From NCBI RefSeq assembly GCF_963921235.1, contig NC_086097.1, positions 222,520,001 to 222,584,000 of the forward strand: DNA of 64,000 nt. Direction: 5' to 3'. This document shows, piece by piece, positions 1 through 12,221 of the stretch; the stretch's first letter is position 1; each line of letters begins with the position of its first letter. Both the position numbers and the translations under genes were made by a program. The DNA comes from Mobula hypostoma. Lineage: Eukaryota. The notes below the pieces were generated by a model. It was not told the origin of the DNA and ran no database searches. It saw only the letters and a list, made by a program, of their open reading frames with translations.

Positions 1-333
1 ATGGACTCTATCTATATTTCCCGCTGCCTCAGTAAAGCAGCCAGCATAATGAAAGACCCCACCCATCCAGACATTCTTTCTTCTCCCCTCTCCACAGTAA
101 ATCTTGTGTGATAAGGCGAACTCTTGGCCTCACAATCTACCTTGTTATGATCTTACATTTCATTGTTTACCAGGACTACACTCTTTCGGTAGCTTTTACA
201 CTTATTTCTGTATTGTTATTGTTTTACCTTGTTCTAGCTCAATGCTTAATGATTTGGTCTGTATTATCAGTATGCCAGACAAGCTTTCCAATGTATCCTG
301 GTACATGTGACAATAACAAACTAATACCAATAA
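1..333 (+). mobile_element. Rex1/Babar-type LINE 3' fragment (decayed)
   Basis: Encodes KAASIMKDPTHP, matching the C-terminal motif of the other Rex1-like copies in the window, followed by a 3' UTR ending GTGACAATAACAAACTAATACCAATA. Confidence 0.6.
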
Positions 334-875
334 TGAAGATGTAGTTTAATGCATTGTCATTAACTTAGCAATGCAATATACTGTGTTAATACATCTTTAG
401 TGATACCATGAGCATATTGACACAAAGCCAGCATCAGTGCTATATCTAACTGAGGGAAATGAAACAGAAATTGCTACATTGATAATTGACAGCAGGGTCA
501 TGATTTGTGGTCATTCATTGGGAAAGGAGATAAAAACACTGGCCATTTGCTGACACTTCAGTCACCTTTTTGATGTACTAATAACCTGCCGTTTGGTTGA
601 AGCTAGACATGTTGTATATGTAGCAGTGGCAATCCGTTTGAGGGAAGACAGACATATCTGGTTGTTGTTAATCTAGAATTTGTGAAACAATTCTGCAGTG
701 TAACCGCAAGTGAGATTTGTCAGTGTTTGCAAATATGGCTGGCAGCATAATAATGGTGGATGCAAATAACAGATAAATCCCTTTTTATCTTAATGCTACA
801 TTTTATTTAATTTTATTTCACCTTTATCACAATGCATTGTTTTTGTGGTACTTGAAAAACAGCACTCAAATTGTA

Positions 876-1702
876 AAGCAAACACACAAAATGCTGGAGG
901 AGCTCAGCAGGTCAGACAGCATCTATGGAAGTAAATATGCAGTCAAGATGAGGGGAGTGGGAGAAGATTAGCTATAAAGTGGTAGGTGAAGCAAAGTGGG
1001 TGGGAAAGGCAAAGGGCTGGAGAGGAAGAAATCTGATAGGAGAGGATAGTGGACCATAGGAAAAAGGGAAGGAGGAGGGGACACGGGGGAGGTGATAGGT
1101 AGCTGAGAAGACGTAAGAGGCCAGAATTGGGAATAGAAGAAGAGGGGAGAAGGAGGTTTTTTTTACTGGAAGGAGAAATCAATATTCATGCCATCAGGTT
1201 GGAGGCTACCCAGACAGAATATAAGGTGTTGCTCCTCCATCCTGAGGGTGGCTTCATCGTGACACAAGAGGAAATGATTAACAGGCATGTCAGAATGGGA
1301 AAGGGAAATAGAATTAAAATGTTTGGCTGCCAGGATGTTCTACTTTTGGTGGATGGAATAGCGGTGCTCTTTGAAACGGTCCCCCAATATACGACGGGTC
1401 TCAGCCATGTGGTGGGGGGCTACATCAGGAGCACTGGAAAAACCATATAACCCCACCAGATAAGCAGGTGAAGTGTTGCCTCACCTGGGAGGACTATTTT
1501 TGGCCCTGAATAGAGCTGAGGGAGCAGGTGAATGGGCAGGTGTAGCACTTTGGCCTCTTGCAGGGATAAGTGCCCAGAGGGAGGTTAGTGGGACGAGAGT
1601 CATGGAAGGGGGGAGGGAGGTAAAGATATATTTGGAGGTAGGATCCTTTTGGAGGTGGCAGAAGTGGCGGAAAATGATGTGTTGGATGCAGAGGAAATCT
1701 GT
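876..1702 (-). mobile_element. Penelope-like element 3' fragment, older subfamily (GIY-YIG region plus terminal repeat; hammerhead segment deleted)
   Basis: Minus-strand ORFs contain GTYPCKRPKCYTCPF and IQHIIFRHFCHLQKDPTSKYIF, homologous to the Penelope copies at 10265-12221 and 18551-19725. The terminus ACACAAAATGCTGGAGGAGCTCAGCAGGTCAGACAGCATC is shared. Confidence 0.8.
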
Positions 1703-2070
1703 GTAAGCCATCAAAAAACTTAACTTGATTACATAGGCTTACATAGAGTTTTTGCTCAGATGCTTTGATTCCCAAAGGTCTTGTACTGGAGAAACTCCTT
1801 CACAGTGTCCGTCATTTTCCAGTGCTTTATGTTCTATTGAAATCTTCACATCTGGTTTTATGATGACTGAGCAGACAGCTTTAAGTTGCTTTATGTTACA
1901 TAAGACAATTAGATATAGGAGCAGAATTAAGCCATTTAGCCCATCGAGTCTGCTCTGTCGTTTCATCATGGCTGATCCAATTTTCCCTCTTAGCCCCATT
2001 TTCCTGCCTTCTCCCGTGCCTCTACATGCCCTGACTAATCAAGAATCTTATCAACCTCTGCTTTAAATAG

Positions 2071-2883
2071 TTTCAGTAGGTTTCAATGGGTCCATTTAAT
2101 GTCAGAGAAATGTATACAATATACATTCTGAAATTCTTTTTCTTTGCAAACATCCATGAAAACAGAAGAGTGCCCCAAAGAGTGAATGACAGTTAAACAT
2201 TAGAACCTCAAAGCCCCCCAGCTCCTCCCTTCCAAGCACAATTAGCAGCAAAGCAACGACCCCCCCCCACCAGCAAAAAAAGCATCAGCACCCTCCATCA
2301 AGCACTCAGGTATGCAGCAAAGCATCAGACTTGCAGTACCCCAAAGACTACTCGGTCACCCGATAATTCGACATACCACAGGCTCTCTCTCTCTCCCTAA
2401 TAAGGGAAAAAGAGATGTCCCCATTTCACAGCGAGGGAGGAGACATAACAAACAACTCGCTGATTTATGACGTTAGAAGTTCGTTGCATCGCTTTTTCTG
2501 TGCTCTGCGCCCTGAGAGTCGACCCCAGAAAAGGATCAGGTTTCTGGACACACAGCCCGCGGCAGCTAACCCGCTGCTCCTGATGTTCCGTGTTCTCCCA
2601 CGACGCCTCAAGGGCATTGGCCTTGAACCAACCCATCTCCAGAGCCACGAAAACCTGGCATTCCGAAGGTATGCTAGTCTTCCAAGCTGTATCCTTGGGA
2701 TATCAAAATGTGGCCAATCATGAGGTCCTGAGAGTGGGTCCCATTCCTGCAAAGTCAGAGTGTAACTCCAGGTTAGGGTCTTCAGAAGAACCTTGAAAAG
2801 GAAAAAAAGAGATATCAAATATCAGAGATAGAAGTAGAGCTGTTCAAAGATGCAAGCAAAGAAGTCGACATTTAGCGCCATCA
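2071..2883 (-). mobile_element. Non-coding interspersed repeat inserted in CR1 (probable non-autonomous non-LTR element)
   Basis: It interrupts the CR1 3' region. On the minus strand it begins GATGGCGCTAAATGTCGAC and ends ATTAAATGGACCCATTGAAACCTACTGAAA, a short-repeat-like tail. No recognisable coding motif. Confidence 0.45.
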
Positions 2884-3195
2884 TAAATTTGCTCTGCCCC
2901 TCTAAACCAATAACATGACCACCATGATCACCTATGGCTCCAAATTCCACAAATTCACCACTCTCCGGCTAAAGATATTCCTCCTTATCTCCGTTCTAAA
3001 AGGACATCCCTCTATTCTGAGTCTGTGTCCTCTGGTCTTAGACTCCCCCACCATAGGAAACATCCTCTCCACAATCACCCTGTTGAGGCCTGTCAACATT
3101 CGGTAGGTTTCAATCAGATCCCACACCTCCTATTTTCGAATTCTAGAGAGAAGCGGCACAGAGCCATCGGTCACTCCTCAAATGACAAGCCTTTT

Positions 3196-3231
3196 AGTCC
3201 TGACGAAGGGTCTCGGCCTGAAACGTCGACT
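3196..3231 (+). ncRNA. Minimal type I hammerhead ribozyme motif
   Basis: AGTC (helix I), CTGACGA, AGGGTCTCGGCCT (short helix II), GAAA, CGTC (cleavage triplet GUC, site after 3227), GACT (helix I). Confidence 0.8.
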
Positions 3232-3329
3232 GCACCTCTTCCTACAGATGCTGCCTGGCCTGCTGCGTTCACCAGCAACTCTTATGTGTGTTGCTTGAAT
3301 TTCCAGCATCTGCAGAATTCCTGTTGTTT
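3197..3329 (+). mobile_element. Short Penelope terminal fragment carrying a hammerhead motif, inserted in CR1
   Basis: Nearly identical to the Penelope terminus at 17790-17926 (reverse strand). Flanked by the direct repeat GCCTTTTA (3189-3196, 3330-3337). Confidence 0.9.
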
Positions 3330-3961
3330 GCCTTTTAATTCTGGAATGGTTTTCGTAAAGCTCCTTTGAACCCTCTCCAATGTTTGCACATCCTCTCTAA
3401 GATGAGGAGCAAAACTGCTCACAATGCTCCAAGTGAGGTCTCACCTGTGCTTTATAAAGCCTCAACATTACATTCTTGCTTTTAGATTCTAGTCCTCTCA
3501 AAATGAATCCCAACATTGCATTTACCTTCCACACCACCGATTCAACATGCGAATTAACCTTTAAGGAATCTAGCACGAGGACTCCCAAGCCCCCTTGCAC
3601 CTGAGATTCTTGAATTTTCTCTCCACTTAGAAAATAGTCTACACTTTCATTTCTTCTTCCAAAATGCATGACCATACACTTCCCGACACTATATTCCATC
3701 TGCCACTTCTTAGCCCATTCTCCTAATCTGCCTAAATCCTTCGGTAGCCTCTCTACTTCCTCAAAACTACTTGCCCCTCCAACCTATTTTTGTATTGTCA
3801 CAACTCTGGCCACAAGGCCAGCAATTTGTTACCCAAATCAATGTAAAAAGAAGTGGTCCCAACATAGACCCCGTGGAATACCACCAGTCAACAGCAGCCA
3901 ACCAGAAGAGGCTTCCTTTATTCCCACTCATTCTCTCCTGCCAATGCTCTATCCATGCTAG

Positions 3962-4834
3962 TGTATGGGGTTTCTTCTTTGTTATGTTAAAATTAAAATG
4001 GCTTCTTTGTTATGTTAATCTTTTAAACTGCTGCGTATATGAATTAAAATGGCTTCTATGTTATGTTAAATGCTGAGAAAATCTCTAGCTAGAAATTTGC
4101 TTGAGTTAATACAGATAGCAGAGGTACTATTAGCCAATGAGTGTCCATGTTATTCTTTCTGGGGGTGATAATGCTGTCTCATATGACTGGGAACCGGGGG
4201 CTTTTGGCGGGGAGTCGGAGGAGAGACCGGGAGGATGACGGGGAGTCGGAGGAGAGACCAGGAGGACGACGGGGAGTCAGAGGAGAGACCGGGAGTCGGA
4301 GGAGAGATCGGGAGGACGGTGGGGAGTCGGAGGAGAGACCGTGAGGACGGCGGGGACTCGGAGGAGAGACCGGGAGGACGGCGGGGACTCGGAGGAGAGA
4401 CCGGGAGGACGGCGGGGAGTCAGAGGAGAGACCGGGAGGACGGCGGGGACTCGGAGGAGAAACCGGGAGGACGACGGACGTGAGGAAGTCTCCGGTCGAT
4501 CGCTCCAGGTGGTCCCGAGCCGCGAGTCGACGGGGTCAGAGTGGTCCCGAAGAGGGTCCTGAGCTCCAACGTGTGCACGAAGAACTTGAACTTTGATAAG
4601 TCTGGTGCCTTTTCCATTCCCTTTTTCTATATTGAACTTATATTAATTTCATAGACTTAGTAATATCTATAAAGTGTACTTGGTAAAACGTACTGTGTGT
4701 GCTGGCTGATGATTGATGTTTGAAACTGATTTCGTTAGCAGTGGTACAGCAACCGACACGACCGGAAGAGTCCAGGCGGGCGCCGGATGGGATTTCCCCT
4801 AGATATATACGAGCCAATATAGCTGAGCGTTACA
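3962..4834. mobile_element. Solo LTR (Gypsy or ERV type) inserted in CR1
   Basis: Begins TGTA and ends TACA, with a 4-bp TSD CTAG (3958-3961, 4835-4838). The CR1 sequence resumes seamlessly on both sides. Confidence 0.85.
4207..4478. repeat. Purine/CpG-rich minisatellite, ~31-bp unit GACTCGGAGGAGAGACCGGGAGGACGGCGGG, about 9 imperfect copies
   Basis: Directly visible tandem array inside the solo LTR. Confidence 0.9.
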
Positions 4835-5424
4835 CTAGTATCTTTCCAGTAATACCAAGGGCTCCTATCTTGTTAAGCTTCCTCGTGTGGCAACTTGTCA
4901 TATACCTTCTGAAGATCCAAGTGCACAACATCAGCTGATTCTCCTTTCTCTATCCTGCTTGTTACTACTTCAAAGAATTCCAACAGATTTGTCAGGCAAG
5001 ATTTTCCCTTGAGGAAACCATGCTGACTATAGTTTATTTTATCATGTGCCTCCACATCCTTAACAATCGGCTTCAACATCTTCCCAGCCACTGAGGTCAG
5101 ACTAACTGGCCTATAATTTCGTTTTTTCTGCCTCTCTCCTTTCTTAAGGAGTGGAGTGACATTTGCAATTTTCCATTTCTCTGGGACCATGCCAGAGTAT
5201 AATGTTTCTTCAAAGATCATTACTAGTGCCTCCACAATCTCTTCAGCCACCTCTTTCAGAACCCTGTGTTGTCTACTATCTTGTCCAGGTAACTTAGCTA
5301 ACTTAAGATTTTTCAGTTTTCTAAGAACCTTCATCCTAGTAATGTCACCTTGATACACTTCTACCACTCTCGAACATCTGGCACACTGCTAGTGTCTTCC
5401 ACGGTGATGACTGATGCAAAATAC

Positions 5425-5640
5425 AAGCTTATTGGTAGTGTAGTGGCATCAGCACTGGACTTCGAGGCAGATGGTCCTGAGTTCGAATCCGGCCAGGTTC
5501 CAACCTGAGCAGCAGCAGTATCTGTGCAGAAGAAAGTCCTGGCAATCTACTTCTGTATCTTGCTTCAAAAATCCAATGGACAACTAAACTATCCATAGGG
5601 TAGCCTTGAGTTGATGATGACTCGACAGCATTCAGCAATA
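5425..5640 (+). mobile_element. tRNA-derived SINE with RTE-like tail, inserted in CR1
   Basis: A-box TAGTGTAGTGG (5436-5446) and B-box GAGTTCGAATCC (5479-5490). The 3' part GGGTAGCCTTGAGTTGATGATGACTCGACAGCA resembles RTE-clade 3' ends. Confidence 0.75.
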
Positions 5641-6180
5641 TTAATCAGTTTGTCTGCCATTACTACCTTTCCAGCAGGCTGATAACTACTTTTGCTGCTC
5701 TTTTACACTTTATATATCTGAAGAAAGGGGCAAAGGGACAAAGGGACAAAGCCTGCAAAATTTGTTTTAAAATATTGGCATTTATCTTTGAAAAATGCTA
5801 TTGAGGAAAATGAAGGAATTAGAAAATGAAGCTTCATTTCATTTATTCTAGGTGGGCAAGGGAACACTCAGATCAATTCTATCACAGTGATTAATCTTGG
5901 AAAATCATGTAGTCTATCTAAATGGATAAAATAAATCACAGTTGTACACATTCAATTTCTCAAGATGCACATCCTAAATCTGCTACTGCAATGTGTTTGA
6001 ATTGTCCTTTCTATTTTCATAGGCTTCGTAACTCTGTGAGTAAATATTATTTCAGAATTTGGAGCCAGTTCAGTAGATAATTCTGTATTCTGTATTATCT
6101 CTTTTCAACACTGAAACCTGCATTTGTTGTGGTGAATGTGAATTAGAGAATATTATCATTAGCTGGTCACTTTGCTGTAG

Positions 6181-6645
6181 CAACACACACAAAGTGCTGG
6201 CGGAACTCAGCAGGTCAGGCAGCATCAGACACTATAGAAGACCCTAGTAGATTTGCAGGAAAAGTGTTGCCTCACCTGGATGGACTGTTTGGGGCCTTGA
6301 ACAGAGGTGATGGAGGAGGTGAATGGGCAGGTGAGGCACTTAGACCACTTGCAGGTATATGCGCTGGGAGGGACATTAGTGAGGTGGGACGAATGGACAA
6401 GGGAATTACAGAGAGCGCGAACTCTGTAGAAAAAGGGGAGGGAGGTGTCAGGAATGGACCAAATGAATTTAAGGGCAGAGTGGAAGTTAGAGGCAAAATT
6501 GATAACATTGATGAGTTCAGCTTGAGTGCATGAAGCAGCACCAATGCAGTCATTAATGTAGCAGAGGAAGAGTTGAAGAGTGAACATGGACTATTTATTC
6601 ATTTCCATAGATGCTGCCTGACCTACTGATTCTTCTAGCATCTGT
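6181..6645 (-). mobile_element. Internally deleted old Penelope-like element with inverted terminal segments
   Basis: ORF 6225-6587(-) has LCYINDCIG (RT YIDD-like) fused to YTCKWSKCLTCPF. The terminal sequence occurs at 6181-6226 (-) and, inverted, at about 6584-6645 (+). Confidence 0.75.
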
Positions 6646-6799
6646 AGAATCTCTCGCACTTACTTTGATGTATGTTGGCTGGCAGATCTTATCCTATTCC
6701 ATAATAAAATAAACCCTATATTAGACTCCATGAGTGTACAATTTTTAATTTTCTTCAAAAATCACAAATTAACCTGCGTTTCAAACTGATACACCCTTC

Positions 6800-7397
6800 C
6801 CTGAGGATCTATCCTGGGCCCAGCATATCAATGCAATTATAAAGAAGGCACAACAGTGGCTATATTTCATTAGGATTTTGAGGAGATGTGGTATGTCACC
6901 AAAGATACTTGCAAATTTCTACAGATGTACTATGGGGAGCATTCTAACTGGATGTATCGTTGCCTGGTATGGATGGGGTGGGGTGCACTGCACAGGATCG
7001 AAACAAGCTGCAGGAAGTTGTAAACTCAGCCAGCACTGTCATAGGTACCAGCCTCCACAGCATCAAGGGCATCTTCAAGGAGCATCCATCATGAAGGACC
7101 CCCATCACCCAGGGCATGTGCTCTTCTCATTGCTACCAGGAAGGACATACAGGGGCCTGAAAAAACAACCTCTAACGATTCAGGAACAGCTTCTTCCCCT
7201 CTGCCATCAGATTTCTGGATGGACCCACGAGCACTACCTCACTACTTCTTTTGCACGATGAACTTAATTTAACTATTTAATGCATATATATACTTACTGT
7301 AATTCACGGGTTCTATTATTATGTATTGTAATGTACTGCTGCTGCAAAAACAACAAATTTCATCACATATACCAGTGATATTAAACCTGATTCTGAT
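6800..7397 (+). mobile_element. Rex1/Babar LINE 3' fragment
   Basis: LANFYRCTMGSILTGCIVAWYG and IMKDPHHPGH; tail GATATTAAACCTGATTCTGA. Confidence 0.85.
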
Positions 7398-8184
7398 ATG
7401 AACCCCCCCCACCCCGTCTTCCCTTTCTGAAGCTTTATAGCAAAAACCCATATTTAACCTCTTGTTACAAGGCTTACAGAAATATCCTATAGTATCGTCA
7501 AAAATATTCACCAATAATCACTTTGGTTTTCATCTTCTATTTATCATATAGTGTGTCAAACCAGTTAACATTATAGACCTGTACAAGATAATCCTAGCAT
7601 TAGTTCCAGCTCAAGGAACTGTTCTAAATATTTTTGAATATCAAGTGAAATAAGATTATTGCAGGAAAATGGTGTTAAGGAAAAGGTCAGCCATGATCCT
7701 ATTAAAAATGATTGCAGAGGAAATGTGAGGGGCCAAATTGTTTACTACTGCTTTCACAGCCTAGTTTTTTTTACCCTTCATGTAACTTCAACAGTTTCCA
7801 AACCTATGTGAGGTTTGTCTTTTCTCATGATGCCTGTTCAAAGAATTTTATTTGAAATTTATTTATCCTTCAATCAACATCATAGTTTGTCCAGAAATTA
7901 CTTCATGATGTACAAATTGGCCACTCTGTTTCCCACAGAGATTACACATCAAATGTTTATCACTGGCTGAAAAATACTTTGAGATGTCATGAGTTTCTGA
8001 AACTCCCCGTATAATGTAAGCCTTATAATGTAAACCTGTTTTTTCTTTCTTTCTTTCCTCTTTCTATAAGTAGAGGTATCATTTTTCAAATAAGGCTTTC
8101 AGCCAAGTCTATGAAAGTCACCCAGCACACTTGTCCTGTTCTGTGTATATCTCTCTCAATGATGCTGCCAAAAACAATTAGCCA

Positions 8185-8580
8185 ACATAGAAACATAAAA
8201 AATCTACAGTACTCTACTCTAGAAACTGCCTAGAATTTCCCTACCACACACATAGCCCTCTATTTTACGAAGCTCCGTGTACCTATCTAAGAGTCTCTTA
8301 AAAGACCATATTGCATCCGCCTCTACTACCTATGCTGGCAGTGCGTTCCACACATCCACCGCTCTCTGTGTGACAAACTTACCTCTGACATGCCCCTTGA
8401 CCTACTTCCAAGCACTTTAAAACTATGCCTCCTCATGTTAGCCATTTCAGCCCTCGGAAAAGGCCTCTGGCTATCCATACAATCAATATCTCTCATATAC
8501 ACCTCTACACCTTATCAGGTCACCTCTCATCCTCCGTCGCTCCAAGGAGAAAAGGCCAAATTCACTCAACCTACTCAGCC
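8185..8580 (-). mobile_element. CR1 LINE 3' fragment
   Basis: Tail ACATAGAAACATA, then sequence homologous to the 3' end of the CR1 at 20964-21300. Confidence 0.8.
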
Positions 8581-8732
8581 AACTATCAGAATCCCACAAA
8601 TCTGAGGCCTGTATTCCTACACCAGGGACACTAATGTTATTTCATGTTCATGTAGAGCGAGAGAGGGCATTTTCAGATAGGAAACTTTACCTTTGTGAAA
8701 ATTTTCCTGAATCCTGCCAAAATTTAATGCTC

Positions 8733-8948
8733 AAACATGAGGAAATCTGCAGATGCTGGAATTTCAAGCAACACACACAAAAATTGCTGGTGAATGCAGC
8801 AGGTCAAGCAGCATCTATAGGAAGAGGTACAGTTGACATTTTGGGCCGAGACCCTTTGTCAGGACTAACTGAAAGAAGAGATAGTAAGAGATTTGAAAGT
8901 GGGAGGCGGGGATGGAGATCGGAAATGATAGGAGAAGACAGGAGGGGT
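8733..8948 (-). mobile_element. Penelope terminal fragment (decayed hammerhead)
   Basis: Homologous to 10265-10480. The hammerhead core reads CTGACAA...CAAAATGTC. Confidence 0.85.
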
Positions 8949-9112
8949 TATTTTCACTTGCCAGTCAACCTGTTAAATACAAAGAAACTGTGGAACAGGC
9001 ACCAGCTAAGTAGAAGTTGATGTGCTGGGAATGTTGGAGATCCAAAGACATGTGGGGATTCAAAGACCACTAGGATTTGATGAACATTTGGCTCTGGGGC
9101 TCCATGAGCGTG

Positions 9113-9442
9113 AGAACATAGCAAAACATAACATAAGAAATAGGAGCAGCAGGAAGCCATCTGGCCCATCGAGCCTGCTCTGCCATTCAATAAGATCATG
9201 ATGGATCTGACCATGGAGTAATCTCTACCTACCTGCCTTTTCCCCATAATCCTTAATTCCCCTACTAAGCAAAAACCTATCCAATCTTGTCTTAAATATA
9301 TTTACTGAGGTAGCCTGTACTGCTTCATTGGGCAGAGAATTCCACAGATTCACCACTCTGGGAAAAGCAGTTCCTAAATCTACGATGTCTTAAATCTACT
9401 CTGTGAATCTTGAGGCTATGTCCCCTAGTTCTAGTCTCACCT
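9113..9442 (-). mobile_element. CR1 LINE 3' end
   Basis: Tail AACATAGCAAAACATAACATAAGAAATAGGAGCAG, the CR1 3' stem-loop region and a GAATTCCACAGATTCACCACTCT block. Confidence 0.8.
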
Positions 9443-10264
9443 CTTCGAGGGGAGTCAAACTGCAGGAGACAAGAAAATCAGGGATTTATATTGTATAGGG
9501 AACGTGAACACTTTTTCAAAACAATATTCTGAGATAAGTGACATTTAAAAAGAATCAGGGCATGATCTAGACAGGGATTGTTTTAAACACCTTAATTAAA
9601 TCTCTCTGTCTGCTCATCCTAAAGTGAGAGAAGCCAGCATTCTAGTCTTTGTACATGCAGGAAGATAAAGATTTAACTTTATTTGTCATCTACAATACAC
9701 CTATGTCAGGATGCTGTTAATTGACTATAGCTCAGCAGTTAATACCATCATTCCCACAATCCAGATTGAGAAGTTGCAGAACCTGGGCCTCTGTACCTCA
9801 CTCTGCAATTGGATCCTCAACTTCCTAACCGGAAGACCACAATCTGTGCAGATTTGTGATAACATATCGTCCTCGTTGATGATCAACACTGGTGCACCTC
9901 AGGAGTGTGTGCTTAGCCCACTGCTCTACTCTCTGTATACACATGACTGTGTGGCTACAAATTTGATGATGATACAACCATTGTTGGTAGAATCTCAGGT
10001 GGTGATGAGAGGGTGTACAGGAGTCAGATATGCCAATTAGTGGAGTGGTTCTGCAGCAACAACCTGGCACTCAACATCAGTAAGATGAGAGAGCTGATTG
10101 TGGACTTCAGGAAGGGTAGGACAAAGGAGCACATACCAATCCTCATAGAGGGATCAGAAGTGGAGAGAATGAGCAGTTTCAAGTTCCCCAATGTCAAGAT
10201 CTCTGAGGATCTAAACTCATCCGAACATATTGATGTAGTCATAAAGAAGGCGAGACAGGGGCTA

Positions 10265-12221
10265 ACACGAGGAAATCTGCAGATGCTGGAATTTCAAGTA
10301 ACACACATTAAAATTGCTGGTGAACGCAGCAGGCCAGGCAGCATCTATAGGAAGAGGTACAGTCGATGTTTCAGGCCGAGACCCTTCGTCAGGACTAACT
10401 GAAAGAAGAGATAGTAAGAGATTTGAAAGTAGGAGGGGGAGGGGGAGATCCAAAATGATAGGAGAAGACAGGAGGGGGAGGGATGGAGCTAAGAGCTGGA
10501 CAGGTGATTGGCAAAAGGGATATGAGAGGATCATGGGACGGGAGGCTTAGGGAGAAAGAAAGGGGGAGGGGGCAAGCCCAGAGGATGGGCAAGTGGTATA
10601 GTGAGAAGGACAGAGGGAGAAAAGGGAGAGAGAAAAAAAAAAAATAATAATTATAAATAAATAACAGATGGGGTACGAAGGGGAGGTGGGGCATTAACGG
10701 AAGTTTGAGCAGTCAATGTTCATGCCATCAGGTTGGAGACTACCCAGACGGAATATAAGGTGTTGTTCCTCCAACTTGAGTGTGGCTTCATCTTTACAGT
10801 AGAGGAGGCTGTGGATAGACATATCAGAATGGGAATGGGACGTGGAATTAAAATGTGTGGCCACTGGGAGATCCTGCTTTCTCTGGCGGACAGAGCGTAG
10901 GTGTTCGGCAAAACGGTCTACCAGCCTGCGTCGGGTCTCACCAATATATAGAAGGCCGCATCAGGAGCACCGGACGCAGTATATCACCCCAGCCGACTCA
11001 CAGGTGAAGTGTCGTCTCACCTGGAAGGACTGTCTGGGGCCCTGAATGGTGGTGAGGGAGGAAGTGTAAGGGCCTGTGTAGCACTTGTTCCGCTTACATG
11101 GATGTGCCGAGAGGAAGATCAGTGGGAAGGGATGGGGGGGCCGAAATGGACAAGGGAGTCACGTAGGGAGCAATCCCTATGGAAAGCAGAGAGGGGGGTA
11201 GGGAAAGATGTGCTTGGTGGTGGGATCCCGTTGGAGGTGGCGGAAGTTACGGAGAATTATATGTTGGACCTGGAGGCTGGTGGAGTGGTAGGCAAGGGCA
11301 AGGGGAACCCTATTCCTAGTGGGGTGGCAGGAGGATGGGGTGAGAGAAGATGTGCATGAAATGGGAGAGATGCATTTGAGAGCAGAGTCGATGGTGGAGG
11401 AAGGGAAGCCCCTTTCTTTAAAAAAGGACATCTCCTTCGCCCTGGAATGAAAAGCCTCATCCAGAGCACAGATGCAGTGGAGACAGAGGAATTGCGAGAA
11501 GGGGATGACATTTTTGCAAGAGACAGGGTGAGAAGAGGAATAGTCCAGGTAGCTGTGAGAGTCCATAGACTTATAGTAGACATCAGTAGATAAGCTATCT
11601 CCAGAGATAGAGACAGAAAGATGAAGAAAGGGGAGGGAGGTGTCGGAAATGGACCAGATAAACTTGAAGGCAGGGTAAAAGTTGGAGGCAAAGTTAATGA
11701 AGTCAACGAGCTCAGCATGCGTGTAGGAAGCAGTGCCAATGCAGTCATCAATGTAGCGAAGGAAAAGTTGGGGACAGATACCAGTATAGGCACGGAACAT
11801 AGATTGTTCCACAAAGCCAACAAAAAGGCAAGCATAGCTGGGACCCATACGGGTGCCCATAGCTACACCTTTAGTTTAAAGGAAGTGGGAGGAGCCAAAG
11901 GAGAAATTATTAAGAATAAGGACTAATTCTGCTAGACGGAGCAGAGTTCTGGTAGAGGGGAACTGGTTAGAACTGGAATCCAAAAAGAAGTAGAAAGCTT
12001 TGAGACCTTCTTGGTGGATGATGGAAGTATATAGGGACTGGACATCCATGGTTAAAAATAAAGCGGTGGGGGCCAGGGAACTTAAAATCATCAAAAAAAT
12101 TCAGAGCGTGAGAAGTGTCACGAACATAGGTAGGAAGGGACTGAACAAGGGGGGATAAAACAGTGTCGAGGTATGCAGAAACGAGTTCGGTGGGGCAGGA
12201 GCAAGCTGAGATAATGGGTCT
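10265..12221 (-). mobile_element. 5'-truncated Penelope-like (Neptune-type) retroelement: RT + GIY-YIG + terminal repeat; frameshifted
   Basis: RT motifs FLTMDVQSLYTSI, MGTRMGPSYACLFVG and FLRYIDDCIG. The 9-bp TSD CAGGGGCTA is at 10256-10264 and 12222-12230. Confidence 0.92.
10361..10396 (-). ncRNA. Hammerhead motif, one substitution in helix III
   Basis: Reverse complement reads AGTC CTGACGA AGGGTCTCGGCCT GAAA CATC GACT (CGTC changed to CATC). Confidence 0.6.

Larger units (their letters stand above)
1905..5725 (-). mobile_element. CR1 LINE (3' tail through RT region), interrupted by four younger insertions
   Basis: ORF fragments NYRPVSLTSVAGKMLK, QHGFLKGKSCLTNLLEFFE, HLDLQKVYDKLPH, RPHLEHCEQF and TRGHRLRIEG are typical CR1 ORF2. 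The 3' tail is at about 1905-2070. Confidence 0.9.

Noticed and set aside
4141..4617. R/G/E/D-rich ORFs
   Set aside because: They are translations of the minisatellite in several frames.
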